From assembly GCA_051294905.1 (NCBI GenBank), contig CM119371.1, positions 37,450,001 through 37,514,000 on the forward strand: 64,000 nt of DNA, in the 5' to 3' direction. Under the pieces are notes generated by a model. The model had not been told where the DNA came from, ran no database searches, and worked only from the letters and a program-made list of their open reading frames with translations. The stretch comes from Botryllus schlosseri (Eukaryota). Position 1 is the stretch's first letter; each line of letters opens with the position of its first letter. Both the position numbers and the translations under genes were made by a program. This document shows, in pieces, positions 1 through 14,937 of the stretch.

Positions 1-346
1 AGAAATCAACAGTACACTATGCGATATTTAGCACTGAAGCAGGTGCGCGAGAAAGTAGCTTGCTAACCAATTTGTGGTTGCTATGCGTATCTAGTCACGT
101 GATCGAAGTCCTGCAAAAGGCCTATTTATAACACTCCTGCGGTGTGTAGATCTGCGGAAATTATTAATAAACCGATACTTCATTTGAACCGACAGCTCTG
201 TAGATTTATTCATATCCTGCTTATATTTTGTTTTGAATTTTAAATTCGTTCGTTACATCTTTTTATTGTTGCCTGCTACTTTTGTTGTTGTTCCAACTTC
301 AAACTAACCACTGTTCGACCTGTTTATTCTTGACGCGGGATTCGAC

Positions 347-1973
347 CAAGGGCGAAGCCAGAAAAAATATTTGGGAGGGGCGAAAAATTCGATGACGTAA
401 ATGAATAGCCCCCTTAAAGATAAGTATAAAAAATAGGTAACAATAACGATATGGTCTTGGGCCCTTATTGGATGATTAACACGGCACCTGGGGCGATCGT
501 CAAGCATATATTCCACTCACAGACATAAATTGATGTGATAATATAATGATAGTGGAAATCTTGGGCATCGACACTTTCGCGAGAAAATTTTTCAGGGATA
601 TGAATGAAATTGGTTCCTTGTATTGTTACTTGCATATTGCAAATACGTTTTAATTATCAGATTCACCGGTAGGGCTGATATATGTGGTGTCATCGAACAT
701 TCAGGGGGCACTTAATTATACATATTGAACTATATATGTTCATACAACACGGCAAGCTATTTATGAATTTCTAGATGGTGGACACCGGGCGTGACAGTTA
801 ATTGTCATATCTTCCCGTTACTTTAGGACTTGCGGTGAATGCTGTCCCCATTCAAAAGATCGCTCACGCGCAGGATCTTATACCCACGTAACCAGAAAAA
901 AATTGTGGGGGGAGGGGGCAAATTGTTAATGAGTTTAGGGGAGCTCCCCCGTGGGAACACCTCGCAGAACCGTACACCGTTCCATTGCCTATTTTCATCA
1001 CTACCCTTGTATACATACGACCCTTAGTCACACGCACACGCATACCCTATGGAAGCTTCGAGTTGCCAACTATAGCTTGTATTAGGCGATCGTTTCACGG
1101 ACGAGCCCGGATTGCTGAACGGTCAGTGTGAGTTTCGGGCCTATAGTCGCGCCGACCGTAAATATTTTTGAATAAATAAAAGAATTTGATCGATAATATT
1201 GGTGCGTGTATACGAGCAAGTGGTGTCCATTCTTGGTAATTACTTTGTTGAAGCTAGGTTATCTCATCGTAAGCTCTTGTAAAGATCGACGCTACTTGAA
1301 AGATTGGAATCGCTGATACATATACCAAATCGAATCAAGAAAAACAAACTCCTTTGATCAGACTAGTGCGATTTCAAATTAGCCCTTTTTAAGGGGAGGT
1401 GGCGATATTTTCCTGTGTCAAACGCATTTATGTCGAAGGGGTCTGATTGCAGGGATAGGATCATCACTCGCCAGCCATTTAAGCAACCGAAAATCTATAT
1501 CGAAGGCTTCGGAATACATGCGTCGGTTTTATGGCCGTCAATCAATTGGGAACGCACTTAGCGGAGTCGCGTGTACCCTACTCTATATGTCTTCGTGTGT
1601 CCCGGAACGGAAATTGCCGGAACTAACATTCCCCAACCCACATACTAAACTGAAACTCCTCTAAACTCAATCAACTCAACGACCTCGAGCTACTCGACTC
1701 TATAGATAGTGTATCTACTGGTACTGTTGCATTCTTATAATTTCGAATGCAACAAAATTCAACTATGGGTATATGCGGAAGAATTTATTTTTCGGGATAC
1801 TGATAATAAAATCAAGACACGTAGGAACAATAAATCGCGCGAAGCGCGAATAAAATTTTTAGGTTACATTCATCTGCCCAAAAATACTGTAATATTAAAT
1901 GATTTTTCGAAAATTTTCCAAAAAATTGGGAAGGGGCGATCGCCCCTTTCGCCCCTCCCTGGCTACGCCAGTG
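347..1973. mobile_element. Non-autonomous hAT-type DNA transposon (1.6 kb)
   Basis: Imperfect TIRs CAAGGGCGAAGCCAG (347) and CTGGCTACGCCAGTG (ending 1973). Perfect 8-bp TSD GATTCGAC at 339-346 and 1974-1981. No transposase ORF. Confidence 0.8.
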
Positions 1974-2136
1974 GATTCGACGCTTTTGTACTCCATTGAT
2001 GCAGCTAACTGGATGATCCTGAAACTGTTTTTCTCTGATACAGACCCTCCTGAAAAATCTGGCAAGACCTATTCCAATCAATCAGGGAGAGCAATGTTGT
2101 TATGTTGTGGACATTTCGGCGCGTTTTCTAATTTCG

Positions 2137-3989
2137 CATCTGCGGCAGACCAGACGTGCCACCACTGGGTTTTTCCACCCAGATCTGTTTTTTTTAGCAT
2201 CACCTGGGTTTCTGGGTTTTTATCCTTGAAATCTGAGTTTTTTCAACTTGATGTTCGTCAGGTCAGTTTTACGCCCGAAAATTAATTAGATTAGTAAGAT
2301 CGTAATATCGTAAACTGCACGTACTGCAGTTCCTCATTGTCGATGAATTTTGCTGTTATTGTAACGACATATAGTCTTGAGAGACTGATTCAATACTAAA
2401 ATGAGAGGCCTCGGCGTGATGTGACAGAGCTTCATTGAACAGTAACTTACAGGCCGAAAAGAGTCATGTTCGTTACGGTATGCAACTCATTCGAAACACT
2501 GTCTTACAATTTGAAACGATTTAGGACTTCAATGCCAGTATCACTCCAACAAATTCGTAGTTTAGTGATAAATAACGTGTAGTTTTATTTATGGTATGCA
2601 CATGGGTTAGGTAGACCAGGTGATGATTGTTATCTCATTCTATTTAGTTCCAACAAGGACACACCAGTCCCGGCAAGTTATTCAGTGGCTGCGTTGGTTA
2701 TCACTTATCAGCACATTAGAATACACTCTGAATTTCATGACTTGGCAGTTATTTTTCGACTAAACATGCGTCTGTGTCATTATCCCAGATAAAAGTGATT
2801 TTCCCCGGATTAATCAATTGAAAGTTACTTTCAATCTGGGTCACTGAAAATATACGAAAATCGCCCTCAGAAATAGGAAATGGATGGCATTCTTACGAAC
2901 TTTCTGAGCGCAATGATATAATTAATACACTATTAACTATTGAAGCGGCGCACCAGTTGTTTCATAGTAATGCGTCGATAGGAAAACAACATATTTTTGT
3001 GGGATTTGCCGTTTTAACTGAGCAAAATGTTTAATATGAACTGTTACAAATTCAATAATAAAGACTCCTAAGACTGTATGATCGTACGATGACTATCAGG
3101 TCCCAGTTTCTCATCGCAGCTATTTTACCTAATTTTGAGTGGAATATAGGATCTGGGTTTATTTGGCCTCCATATCTGGGTTTTTCCGAAATAACCCAGT
3201 GGCATCTCTGCGGCAGACATGCCACTCCTGGGTTTTTCCAGCCAGATCTGGATTTTTCAAGCATCATCTGGGTTTCTAGGTTTTTGTACTTGAAATCTGG
3301 GTTTTTTCAACATCATGTTTGTCAGGTCAATTTCACGGCGCAAAATTGAGTATTAGATTAGTAAGATTTTATAATGTTGACGGAGTCTACTGTGATTGAA
3401 AAGGCAGAGTCTAAGGAAACCCATTTACTATGAAAATGAGAGGTCTTGGCGTGATGCGATAGCTCTTCATTGAATACTGACTACTAGGTCGCAGAAAGTC
3501 ATGTCCACAGGGCAACTCTGGAGCAGTTGTTTTACAATTCAAACTGATTTAGGACTTGAATGCTAGCGCTGCAACAAATTCGTTGTGTGTCAGTAAACAG
3601 TATGTAACTGCTGTAAAGTATGCAATTAATGCACACGGAATGACCAAATGCTGATCGAACTAATTTACCATGTTGACATCAAGAGTATATTCACTTTCAA
3701 CAGAGACACTCGAAGAGAGACAGTTTTGGCACCCTGGCATTGGGCAAGTTATTCAAAGAGAGAGGGGTTTGTTAAATTCAAATATACCCTCAATTTCATG
3801 ACTTGGCAGTTTATTTTTTGACTAAACATCCCAGATAAAAGTGCTTGGCCCAGGTTTAATGAATCGAAAGCTATTTTCAATATATCTGATCAGCTCACAG
3901 TCACTTGAACTACCTTAAAATCATCCTCATCATGGATGGGGATTAGCATTGCTACGAACATAACGAAAATATCATACACTACGTATTGA
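2137..3989 (+). repeat. Tandem duplication of an ~0.8-1.05 kb non-coding unit
   Basis: About 2137-2943 aligns colinearly with about 3201-3989. Shared strings include CTGGGTTTTTCCA..CAGATCTG, AAAATGAGAGG.CT.GGCGTGATG, GATTTAGGACTT.AATGC and AATTTCATGACTTGGCAGTT. Confidence 0.85.
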
Positions 3990-4352
3990 CCCCTATACCG
4001 AATGCCTCGTAGCCCCGTTTAGAATCGATGGCAGGTGCTCACTTGACGGCTTGCCATATGCTAATGCTAATCAAACTTTTTTGTTTACTCACCTGACGAA
4101 CCATTACTACTGTATAATATGCCCTACGGGAATTTCGGTACGTTTTGCCTAATATAATAGGTGAGCAGCAATGATTCTCCAAGTTGAAGTAATTAGATAT
4201 AAAATTAAAATAAAGAATTGTGTGAGTACAGGACACCGATTCCATACAGGTTAATCTGCAAGCCTTCTGCGAACCCTGATTTTTTGCCTCATCGCAAAAA
4301 TAAATATATCACATTACATATAATACATTACTATATATAGAATACTATAGAA

Positions 4353-5436
4353 CAGTGATTCCCAATCTGCCAGTATGGAATCGGTGTCCAAGGCACGCAG
4401 GATCACGCCGACTTGGTCGCCAGTTGCACGCGGTCACGCCGTCACGGGTCGTTGATTTCATTAAAAAAAAAAAAAAATTGAAAAAAAGTCAATGTCTCAG
4501 TCACCCCAAATGCTATATTCCAGTTAGTATGTGGTATATAATGTTTTGACCTAAACCTTAGGCCAGGATCTGTTGATTACTGTCTGTTGGTAAAGTACTT
4601 GCACCTTACCAGTTGCTAACCATTAGTATCTGATCTCCTGTCACTGGCTTAACACAGTCATTTGAAGTAAGTAACCTTGCTTGTCACGCCGCAAAGTTGA
4701 CTCTGTCACGCGAAAAAAGCTTCCATCACGCAGGATTTATTTCAAAAAAAGGACGGAGATTCCAATCAGGCCAATCTGTGTGCCGACCCAGATTCCCGGG
4801 TGTGCCGCAAATGTTTTTCGAGTTTTGAAAAAGGCCTGAAAACTAGTGCGCAACTTACGGGCGTTTTAACTTTTTTAACAGCTGATAAATAAGCACAATT
4901 GACAGTGAAATCAGGTATCTTAATAAATCAAGCAGTCTTTGCGCAGAAGAGTCGGCTGTATAATTAATCTATGAAAATTCAAAGCTATTTCTTCAAAAGA
5001 AATCGGGTGATTTTTATCTGTCTTCTAGCAAATCCTATTGCATAAAAAATCAGTGCGAAAACAATAAGTGTAGGTGTTGAAATTTGCATCTTCATGGCTA
5101 GGTGGACACTTTTCTTTTTTGAGTGAAGTTAAAAGCCGTTTGAACGAGAGACACTGCATGGAATTAATGACAAAATGTAGGTTGTTGTTGTTGATTATGT
5201 TTGTTACGCGGTTGCAACGCAAGTGATTTTGTTAGCCATATCGAAAAATCCTTTGAAAATCTAGGGATGTGCACTACAAAATGCCGGCTGTGAACAATTC
5301 AACCTCCTATTGTAGGCCTGCATCTTATGTTCATGTTTCATCTTTTCTTCGTTCATCTTTTCTCGGCCCAATTGTGCTGTGAGAGTTTTCTAACTTTTCT
5401 AGTCTGCCACAAGCCAAAAAAGTTTGGGAGCTACAG
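4353..5436. mobile_element. hAT (Charlie-like) non-autonomous element immediately upstream of ANKLE2
   Basis: Termini CAGTGATTCCCAA and TTGGGAGCTACAG. Perfect 8-bp TSD CTATAGAA at 4345-4352 and 5437-5444. Confidence 0.8.
4370..4770. mobile_element. MITE nested in the left end of the 4353-5436 element
   Basis: 8-bp TSD CCAATCTG at 4362-4369 and 4771-4778. Imperfect TIRs CCAGTATGGAATCGGTGTCC and GGACGGAGATTCCAATCAGG. Internal GTCACGC repeats. Confidence 0.65.
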
Positions 5437-5610
5437 CTATAGAATGTAATTGTGATTTAAAATATATAAGTATATAGTTCTAGTTCTATAGTTGCGCGTT
5501 TTATCAATCCGGTATAGTTTGTGCAGGTAGACCGGAGAACCTATGAGACTGGCTCTGCCAACAACCCAGGTTAAGAAGATAAGAAAGACTCCTTTTTGTA
5601 TTAAATAATC

Positions 5611-8076
5611 ATGTGTATTATGATCTCTGTTTTAGCATGCGTACTAAGTATCATCGTCATGAGTGACATACCTATACCGCAATATATCCAGAACCTCACC
5701 GATGACGATTTACGCAAAGAACTCGCAAAAAATGGCGAAAAGATCGGCCCGATCACTCCGACTACGAGAGCAATCTACAAGAAACGCCTCTTCAGGAAGC
5801 TTGCGTCCACAAGCCGACCGGTTGAAGATGGAGTACGTCCTACAAAGCCTGAAACTACCAATAACACACAAGTTGAGACTGAAACAAAGCAAGCTGTGAT
5901 TCCCAAACGTGATACAGTAGACAGATCTACAAACACTGTGATATTTCAACAAGACAATGATTCAAGGAACATAATTCAACAGAATAGCAAGGTTGACACT
6001 GATCGTAGTAAGACTTTGATATCATCAGAGCCTGACAAAGTCTTCTATGGTGTGCACATACCGAAGTCTGATGACGCTCACGATTTTGACGATCCGATTG
6101 TGTTTGAAAATAAATCGACGGCACTGTCGACATTAAAGAAGCATAAATCCGCGAGATTTAAGGAATTTCAAACGTTGAAACAGGCCGAGGAATTCTCGCT
6201 GTGCGGTAACCATGTATTGGAAGCAAAAAGTTCTCTATCGTTAATGTTAAGTTCGAAGTCAGAAAACGTTACTAAGGATTACCCTCAATTAAAACAACAG
6301 GACTTGAATAATCTAGTGCGACGTATAGAATCGGGCGATTTATCGGGTATGCGCGAGTTGGTTTGGTCTAACCCGAAATATCTAATCAGTTCAGCGGACG
6401 GTCCGGTCAGTCTGAAGCCGAACGCACGCTATAACGCACTCCACATCGCCGCGAAAAGTAATCAATCGGAAATTTGTAAAGAAATATTAACGCTGTTGAA
6501 TAATCCGCACTTCCAATCGTTGCTATTTTCTAATCTTGACGATGAAATTGTGTCAAATTATCGCACAGAGCATATTGTCGACTCTTACTTGAACACTCCC
6601 GACAAAATAGTGTTCGAAACTCCGCTGCATTTCGCCTCCAAAGCAGGATTCAAAGATGTAGTTCGCGAATTAATAGCGTATGATATTTGCTCGTTATGCA
6701 GCGTTAACAAATTCGGTCAAACGGCATCTGATATTGCGTGTAGTCGCGCATCGAGTGATGTGAAAGGGTGTAAAGATGAAATCAAACGAATGCTTTGTCC
6801 GCGATATTATGTTCCCTTGCTTCGTTGCCATGACAACTCAGAAAGAGCAGTGGTTGGTGAACCGATCAATTCATTGAAAGATCTTCGAACAGAAGGGTTT
6901 TGTCCGTTGAATTCTAATTTATCGGTAAAAGCAATCGCAGGCCCCATGCCAAAAGAGGACGCTTATGAGTTTCGGAATATTTGGGCCACCCCCTCAAAAC
7001 AGAAGCGTTTTGGGGATAAGTACAGATTCCTGCGTCGTAAGGATTTTGAAAAAGGTGACGAACAGATCGGTCGGGAATTAGCATCGCAGCGGGCCATACG
7101 TTGGCTCGAATTTTGGGATTTCTTGGATGATTTCGCGGATTTTTCGACAACCGAAGGAATGCAGAAGCTGGAGGATCATCTGAAATCAAATATTCAGCCA
7201 AGCGTCGATCTGGAAATGGAGAAATTGACAGATTCTTTCGAGTGCATGGGTTTATCGTGCGATAAAAACTCGGAAGAGGATTGCACCCCACGCGCGGCAC
7301 ATGATTTGCTTGGGGAGATGCCAAGCACTCCGAAACGCTTTGAGAGAATTCTTACAAATAATGTCTCGATGAGTGGAAATACAAACAATACATCACGAAT
7401 GAACTTTGGTTTTGATAACAGGCAGAAAAACCAATTTACAGCGGTATCTACGGCTGATATGCCAGTTTCTGTATCCGCGCTTCAGGGTACGTCATGTAAT
7501 GGCCGCTCGGACATTGCAGAGTCACAAAACACTGGTTCTGGCGATGTCATGAATCAGATTGGAAAAGTTGAAAAAGACTCGAAATTAAGATATGACTCGA
7601 AAGCCGAAAATGACTCAAAGTTCAAAATTGACTCAAGATTCGATTTTGCTCCGAAAAACCTATCGGAACAAATGTCTGTCGACAACTTTCATGTTTTGAC
7701 CGATTATCGCAACGCTACCGAGTCTGGCAGTGAGATATTTAGCAGTTTGTCTGCGTCTACGATTAGCGACACGTGCCCAGGCGTACAAAATGTCTTTATA
7801 ACCGGTTCGTCTCCTACTAAACGTGACCAGGATGTCGTCACTGCGATAGGTGAAACGCACGTTGATCCCAACAAGTTTCCTGCGATTAATCGTTGGCGCA
7901 ATTCAGTTCTTTCTTACGCTGAAAATGATCGCCAGAAATGGTCGACACCAAGAAAAAGGGGGGGACCCTCTCTGTTTCCATCGTGCGGAAACGTAGATCG
8001 TGAAACTACGATGGGCTTGCGACGCGTGTTGTTGGATTTTTTTGTGAAAAACAAACTTGAGAGTGTTGATCGGTGA
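5611..8076 (+). CDS. ANKLE2: Ankyrin repeat and LEM domain-containing protein 2 (ANKLE2/LEM4), single coding exon
   Basis: 821-aa ORF. LEM domain (LTDDDLRKELAKNGEKIGPITPTTRAIYKKRL), caulimovirus viroplasmin-like segment (VFYGVHIP...ALSTLKKHKSARFKEF), ankyrin repeats (YNALHIAAKSNQ, FETPLHFASKAG), then ANKLE2-typical motifs (YYVPLLR, AIAGPM, DFEKGDEQIGRELA, WLEFWDFLDDFADF, PTKRDQDV, KFPAINRW). The start may be 5611 (hydrophobic N-terminus) or 5659 (MSDIP). Confidence 0.93.
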   Translation: MCIMISVLACVLSIIVMSDIPIPQYIQNLTDDDLRKELAKNGEKIGPITPTTRAIYKKRLFRKLASTSRPVEDGVRPTKPETTNNTQVETETKQAVIPKRDTVDRSTNTVIFQQDNDSRNIIQQNSKVDTDRSKTLISSEPDKVFYGVHIPKSDDAHDFDDPIVFENKSTALSTLKKHKSARFKEFQTLKQAEEFSLCGNHVLEAKSSLSLMLSSKSENVTKDYPQLKQQDLNNLVRRIESGDLSGMRELVWSNPKYLISSADGPVSLKPNARYNALHIAAKSNQSEICKEILTLLNNPHFQSLLFSNLDDEIVSNYRTEHIVDSYLNTPDKIVFETPLHFASKAGFKDVVRELIAYDICSLCSVNKFGQTASDIACSRASSDVKGCKDEIKRMLCPRYYVPLLRCHDNSERAVVGEPINSLKDLRTEGFCPLNSNLSVKAIAGPMPKEDAYEFRNIWATPSKQKRFGDKYRFLRRKDFEKGDEQIGRELASQRAIRWLEFWDFLDDFADFSTTEGMQKLEDHLKSNIQPSVDLEMEKLTDSFECMGLSCDKNSEEDCTPRAAHDLLGEMPSTPKRFERILTNNVSMSGNTNNTSRMNFGFDNRQKNQFTAVSTADMPVSVSALQGTSCNGRSDIAESQNTGSGDVMNQIGKVEKDSKLRYDSKAENDSKFKIDSRFDFAPKNLSEQMSVDNFHVLTDYRNATESGSEIFSSLSASTISDTCPGVQNVFITGSSPTKRDQDVVTAIGETHVDPNKFPAINRWRNSVLSYAENDRQKWSTPRKRGGPSLFPSCGNVDRETTMGLRRVLLDFFVKNKLESVDR

Positions 8077-8235
8077 TACGAATTGAGTATTTTTGGTTGT
8101 CTGTCTTCATGCTCAATATATCTCGTTCCCTGTGTGGTGAGGCTGTGATTTGTTATTGTTGATCAGTTTCATTGATATCTTCGAAGCAACGCAATGAAAA
8201 GACGCCATCGAATAATATACTGATATATAGATATA

Positions 8236-8292
8236 CCCGAATAAATTTGGTTGACACTCGTCAGGGGTATTCTTCAGCAACTATTAGAGAAT
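8236..8292 (-). mobile_element. Degenerate fragment of the hammerhead-bearing Penelope-like family in the ANKLE2 3' region
   Basis: The reverse complement reads TAGTTGCTGAAGAATACCCCTGACGAGTGTCAACCAAATTTATTCGGG, matching 40937-40984 with the GAAA core mutated. Confidence 0.7.
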
Positions 8293-8312
8293 CCATCATG
8301 ATGTGTACCTCA

Positions 8313-10580
<2,268 letters not shown>

Positions 10581-10967
10581 CTATAATCTGATAAATTTTC
10601 TTGAAAATAAATATTGTAATGAGAAAGCTGTATTATTTGATCGATAGTTTATCCGGTTTCTCATTAAATGCAACTCAAATCAAAATGTATTAATAATTTA
10701 TTCATATATTTCGACAGATAGGTTATCTGGCTTCTGTTACAAAACCCACTCACACTTTCAAGCCAGGAGAATCTTCGTTGTAAAACCTCCACATTGTAGA
10801 GCTAGCGCCCATACTGGAAGAACCGCCAGACTTTGCACGAGTTGTGGGAGTGGCGCGTCGCTGACGAATTGTGGTCCCGCCACCAGGCCTGAAACATGAC
10901 ATTTACTTCATTCATCTCATTTCATGCTGGTGACGTCATATTGCGAGACAGGATTGTTGATATACAG

Positions 10968-12212
10968 CAGGGGTCGGCAACCTTTTGCTAGTCGCGGGCC
11001 AAATTTCGGGTGTACAACTTTTTGGCGGGCCGGATTTTTTCTTAGTACTATATTTTACGCTCACTTTGGTATATTATACTACATTGCTGCAATCTCAATC
11101 ATACCAATCAGAAGACACATGTATTTACACTTCAACAACACAGAATAATTGTGACAATTGACGCAGCTTGCTTTGTGAAAGGTTTTCAGCTTCTGGTAAC
11201 AAGTCAGATGAAACAAGAATCAGAGCCTATTCAAAATGGATAAATTTCGTATCACAGTTACAAATGTAGTGTTGGTACTAGGTTTTCTCTCCTCCAGTAT
11301 AGGAAAGTGAGCATAATTTTCTTTGTACTGTTGACATTTCCAGAGTCACAGATTTGTTTTGAATGCGCCTCAACATCTCATGTATTTAGTTGTTTTCCTC
11401 CTGAAGTTGCAAATTCAATTTGTTCAGATGTGACGTTAAATGTACCAGGAAAGCAAGATGAGATACCCAGTTTCCATTACAAGATCATGAGTCGGCGATA
11501 TTTGTGTTTTCGAGGAAAGTTGCTATTTCATTTCTCAGTTCATACACTCGTGTAAGCATAGCTGCTCGACTTAATGAGCGAAAATGACAGATATAGGCCT
11601 GCATGACATCGCCATATTGATTCTCTGCTTCTAGTGACATCTGGCGTAACTGATTCAGTTAATGAGACAAAAAATCATTTTAACAGTTTTCACCATTGTG
11701 GCCAAAACACTATTCAGGTTTTTTGTCTTGGCACACAATGCCTTCTGGAAAATCAAACTATAGATAGCCTAACTAACATACGGAGGCTAGTTATCTATAA
11801 TTGAACAGTTAGCGATTCCGTCATTGCGTCTGAGATGTTCCAAGCGTTTTTGAAGCAAAGGAAGAACACCTTTATTGTTACGCCCCGTTAGAGTGGTAAA
11901 CCCTTTAAAAAGTATTTAGCACCTTCGGTTGCGAGATACACCCGATTGATAAGCACTGATCCAGTCTAGTCTATCTCCATCTCCTACTTCAACCACTTTC
12001 GTTTTATGGCATAACAATAGACTAATACGATGTAGGCTACTGTTATATGGTAGCCATGCCGCATTTTTTTCATGCAGTGCTGCACTGCAGATTGAAACTC
12101 ATTAGGAAACGGCGGGCCGCATTCTTGTGATAACTAATTATTATGTCGCGGGCCGGACGGTTTCGCTTGGCGGGCCGGATCCGGCCTACGGGCCGTAGGT
12201 TGCCGACCCTTG
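10968..12212. mobile_element. hAT non-autonomous element (Charlie/SPIN-like termini)
   Basis: TIRs CAGGGGTCGGCAACC and GGTTGCCGACCCTTG. Subterminal GCGGGCCG repeats. Perfect 8-bp TSD ATATACAG at 10960-10967 and 12213-12220. Confidence 0.9.
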
Positions 12213-12245
12213 ATATACAGTGTTCTTTCCAATTCTCTACTAGTT

Positions 12246-12289
12246 GCTGACGATTACCCCTGACGAGTGTCAGCCGAAACTATTCGGGT
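12246..12289 (+). ncRNA. Minimal type I hammerhead ribozyme motif (copy with one stem III substitution)
   Basis: GCTGACG-ATT-ACCC-CTGACGA-G-TGTCAGC-C-GAAA-CTAT-TC-GGGT. The core is intact but the stem III palindrome is broken (ACTATT). Confidence 0.6.
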
Positions 12290-14377
12290 TCGTTTCAATA
12301 TGATTATACTATTCAATTGTATATCGAAGTTCTGTACCTCCAAGAAGCTCTTTTGGGAGCTATAGTAGACTACTTGAAGACTAATGAATCGGTCAGGTAT
12401 TCGAATTTGCCCAGGCTCTAATTATGAAGTCATTATAGTATGAAAGATATGGAAAAATCCTTTTATGCTATGACAAAAAAACATCATACTGGTTCTATAT
12501 CGCAATAAAGATAATTTGGTGCCTGTCTTTGCAAACATACCTATTTTTTGCACATTGTTTTGTAAGAGTGCTGTGGGTTGATCAGGACTTCACAGATATA
12601 TATGCCATTTCCATTACGTGGGTAGCTTTGTATTACATGTTCTTGATGCTGCGATACAACCAATCGAGGTTTCATGACTTCCACAGTGGAAAATGCTATC
12701 GAAAGCATAATTTTCGTTGATAAATCAACACAGTGGCAGAGAGCGTATAATTCTAGTACTCCAAAAAGAAACATCTTAGAGATCACAGTATCCTGCTCTA
12801 GTCAAGACTAAATTATCGTTACACTCACTTTGACGTGCGTCCTGGCGACCTGCCGCCGACGTTGGTTGCGCTTGACGATGGAAGAGGCTGAAAATGATGA
12901 GAAAATTTGTTGACATTCAAAAATGTGACACAAGATTTTGGATGTTTGTTGAAAACACTGATTGGTGGCAGACTTGGACAGTTAGATAATTATAGTTGCC
13001 TGTTTCGAGTAATTAGAGCAGAATATCGGAAATCTAATTCTAGTGTAATTTATTGAATGACTCCTTGCTCTAATTTTAATTTTCTGAGATTACTACAGGA
13101 GAAATGTATTGTACGAAACAGGCCAAGATTGCTGTGCAGACATTTGCCGATCTCATGCTTATCCTGTATGAAATCGATGTCCTCTGCACTACGTTTTATT
13201 TTTTATTGATTTTTTATTAAATTATTTCAACTAGGAATCATCGCTGCTCACCTGATATATCAGGCAAAACGTACCGAGATTTCAGTAGGGATGCTTATGA
13301 GAATGAAATTTGTATATGAGCAGAACATAATTCAATTTTCAGGTTTTCAACTACTACAGAACTACTCACTTCAATTCAATATCCACAATTAAGGAACTAC
13401 TTCTCACCAAATTAAATAATTCTGGTCGTCAAATCAGACTCATTAGAGCGAAATCACGGTAATCTATAATTCCAAAGTAATTTGTTAAATGATTATTTGC
13501 TTCTATCCTCCCAGGCTGGGAGGCTGCAGGGAGTCCCAGAAATTCTGATCTAATTTTTAGTTTTCCTCAATATACTACACCTACTCGTCATTGATTCACC
13601 AGTATGTGCCGTAATACGCATCATTTCATAGGACTGTAATCACTATATATCCAGAGTGTGAAAAACAGAAAATTTTTAGAACTTCAGAATCGGATTCCTG
13701 CGCTCACCTTTCTTCATTATTTTTTATCAAATTACTTCAACTTGGAAAATCGTCGCTGCTCACCTGATATATCAGGCAAAACGTACTGAGATTTCAGTAG
13801 GGGCCATCCACCATTATTTGGTAAATATGTGTAGCCTACATAGCGTCATTTTCCGGCTATACATTTGGTGATAAATACACAGAAACGGTTAAAGCATGAA
13901 TTTGCTTCGATGTGATGTACACACTTCCACCATCCACACTCACTTTTCGGCAGGAAAACTTGAAAAATATCACTCACCATTATTGTAGTATGCTATCTCC
14001 CGGTGCTTTACACGAAGTTTACTGGCAAAGTGACGCGTCAACGTCACCAGGTCCACAACTGTGCGCGTTCGGGCGTGACGGCTGTCTTGCCACATTTTGC
14101 TTTTTGACGCCGACCGACCGGTTTTCGCCGAATAACAGAATCGATCACCGGAATCGTTCAGTTCAGTGCGTGGCTCTTGCTCGACGACGGTATCATTGAC
14201 GGGAACATACCGTTCCTTTTGCTTTGTTTCGTTTTTGTAGCGTTTGCGTGCATGCCAAGGATTTGTAAAACATCATCATACTCAAGCGTAAAAATTCTGC
14301 TTTCGTTTCAATTGCCCGCAAAAATGTCATCTATTTGACTGCAGCAATGGCATACAGCGGACGCCTTACCATTACAC

Positions 14378-14937
14378 CATAGTGTCCTATATGGTGTCGA
14401 CACAGGCAAATCTCACGGCTCAGTGAAGTTGTATCACGTCACAATTTCCATTTGGCTATAGGCAATTTGACGGTCATGTTTGACCGGCTTGCCGAGCATT
14501 AAATTTGGTAAAACGGGTATCATTCGAAAGGTGACTCTGCACTGATTACGAAAATATAAATTTTATTCCGCTCGCGGCCCTGGAACCCCCACAATCAACC
14601 TAGAATCTTTCATTGTCATGGAGATTGGCATTGAGACGCAGCAATGCTGTCTGGCGAAACGAGAGATTGGCATTGGGACGCAACAATGCTGTCTGGCGAA
14701 ACGAGAGAGTTACTCTCTCGTTACTCTCTCGTTTCGCCAGACAGCATTGTTGCGTCCCAATGACAATCTCCACAACAATGAAAAATTCGAGGCTGAATTT
14801 GGGAGTTCCAGGGCCACGAGCTGAATAAAATTTATATTTCCGTCATTAGTGCAGAGTCAGCATTCGATTGATACCCGTTTTACCCGTTTCACTGAAGCGT
14901 GAGATTTGCTTGTGTCGACACCAAATAGGACACTATG
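14378..14937. mobile_element. Foldback MITE, probably P superfamily
   Basis: The whole element is an imperfect palindrome with termini CATAGTGTCCTAT and ATAGGACACTATG. 7-bp TSD ATTACAC at 14371-14377 and 14938-14944. CAT..ATG ends with a 7-8 bp TSD are P-element-like. Confidence 0.8.

Larger units (their letters stand above)
10923..12350 (+). mobile_element. Hammerhead-bearing Penelope-like element copy, split by a hAT insertion
   Basis: 10923-10967 plus 12221-12350 match the 40872-41013 element and its tail (CATGCTGGTGACGTCATA...GATTGTTGATATAC..TGTTCTTT..AATTCTCTACTAGTTGCTGACGATTACCCCTGACGAG...GAAGTTCTGTACCTCCAAGAAGCT). Confidence 0.75.

Noticed and set aside
1198..1405. PBS-like TGGTGCG and PPT-like AAGGGGAGG suggesting a TRIM
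   Set aside because: The flanking sequences are not direct repeats.
10857..10905. Hammerhead-like CTGACGA...GAAACATGAC
   Set aside because: There is no UH cleavage dinucleotide (AC instead of TC) and no stem I pairing.
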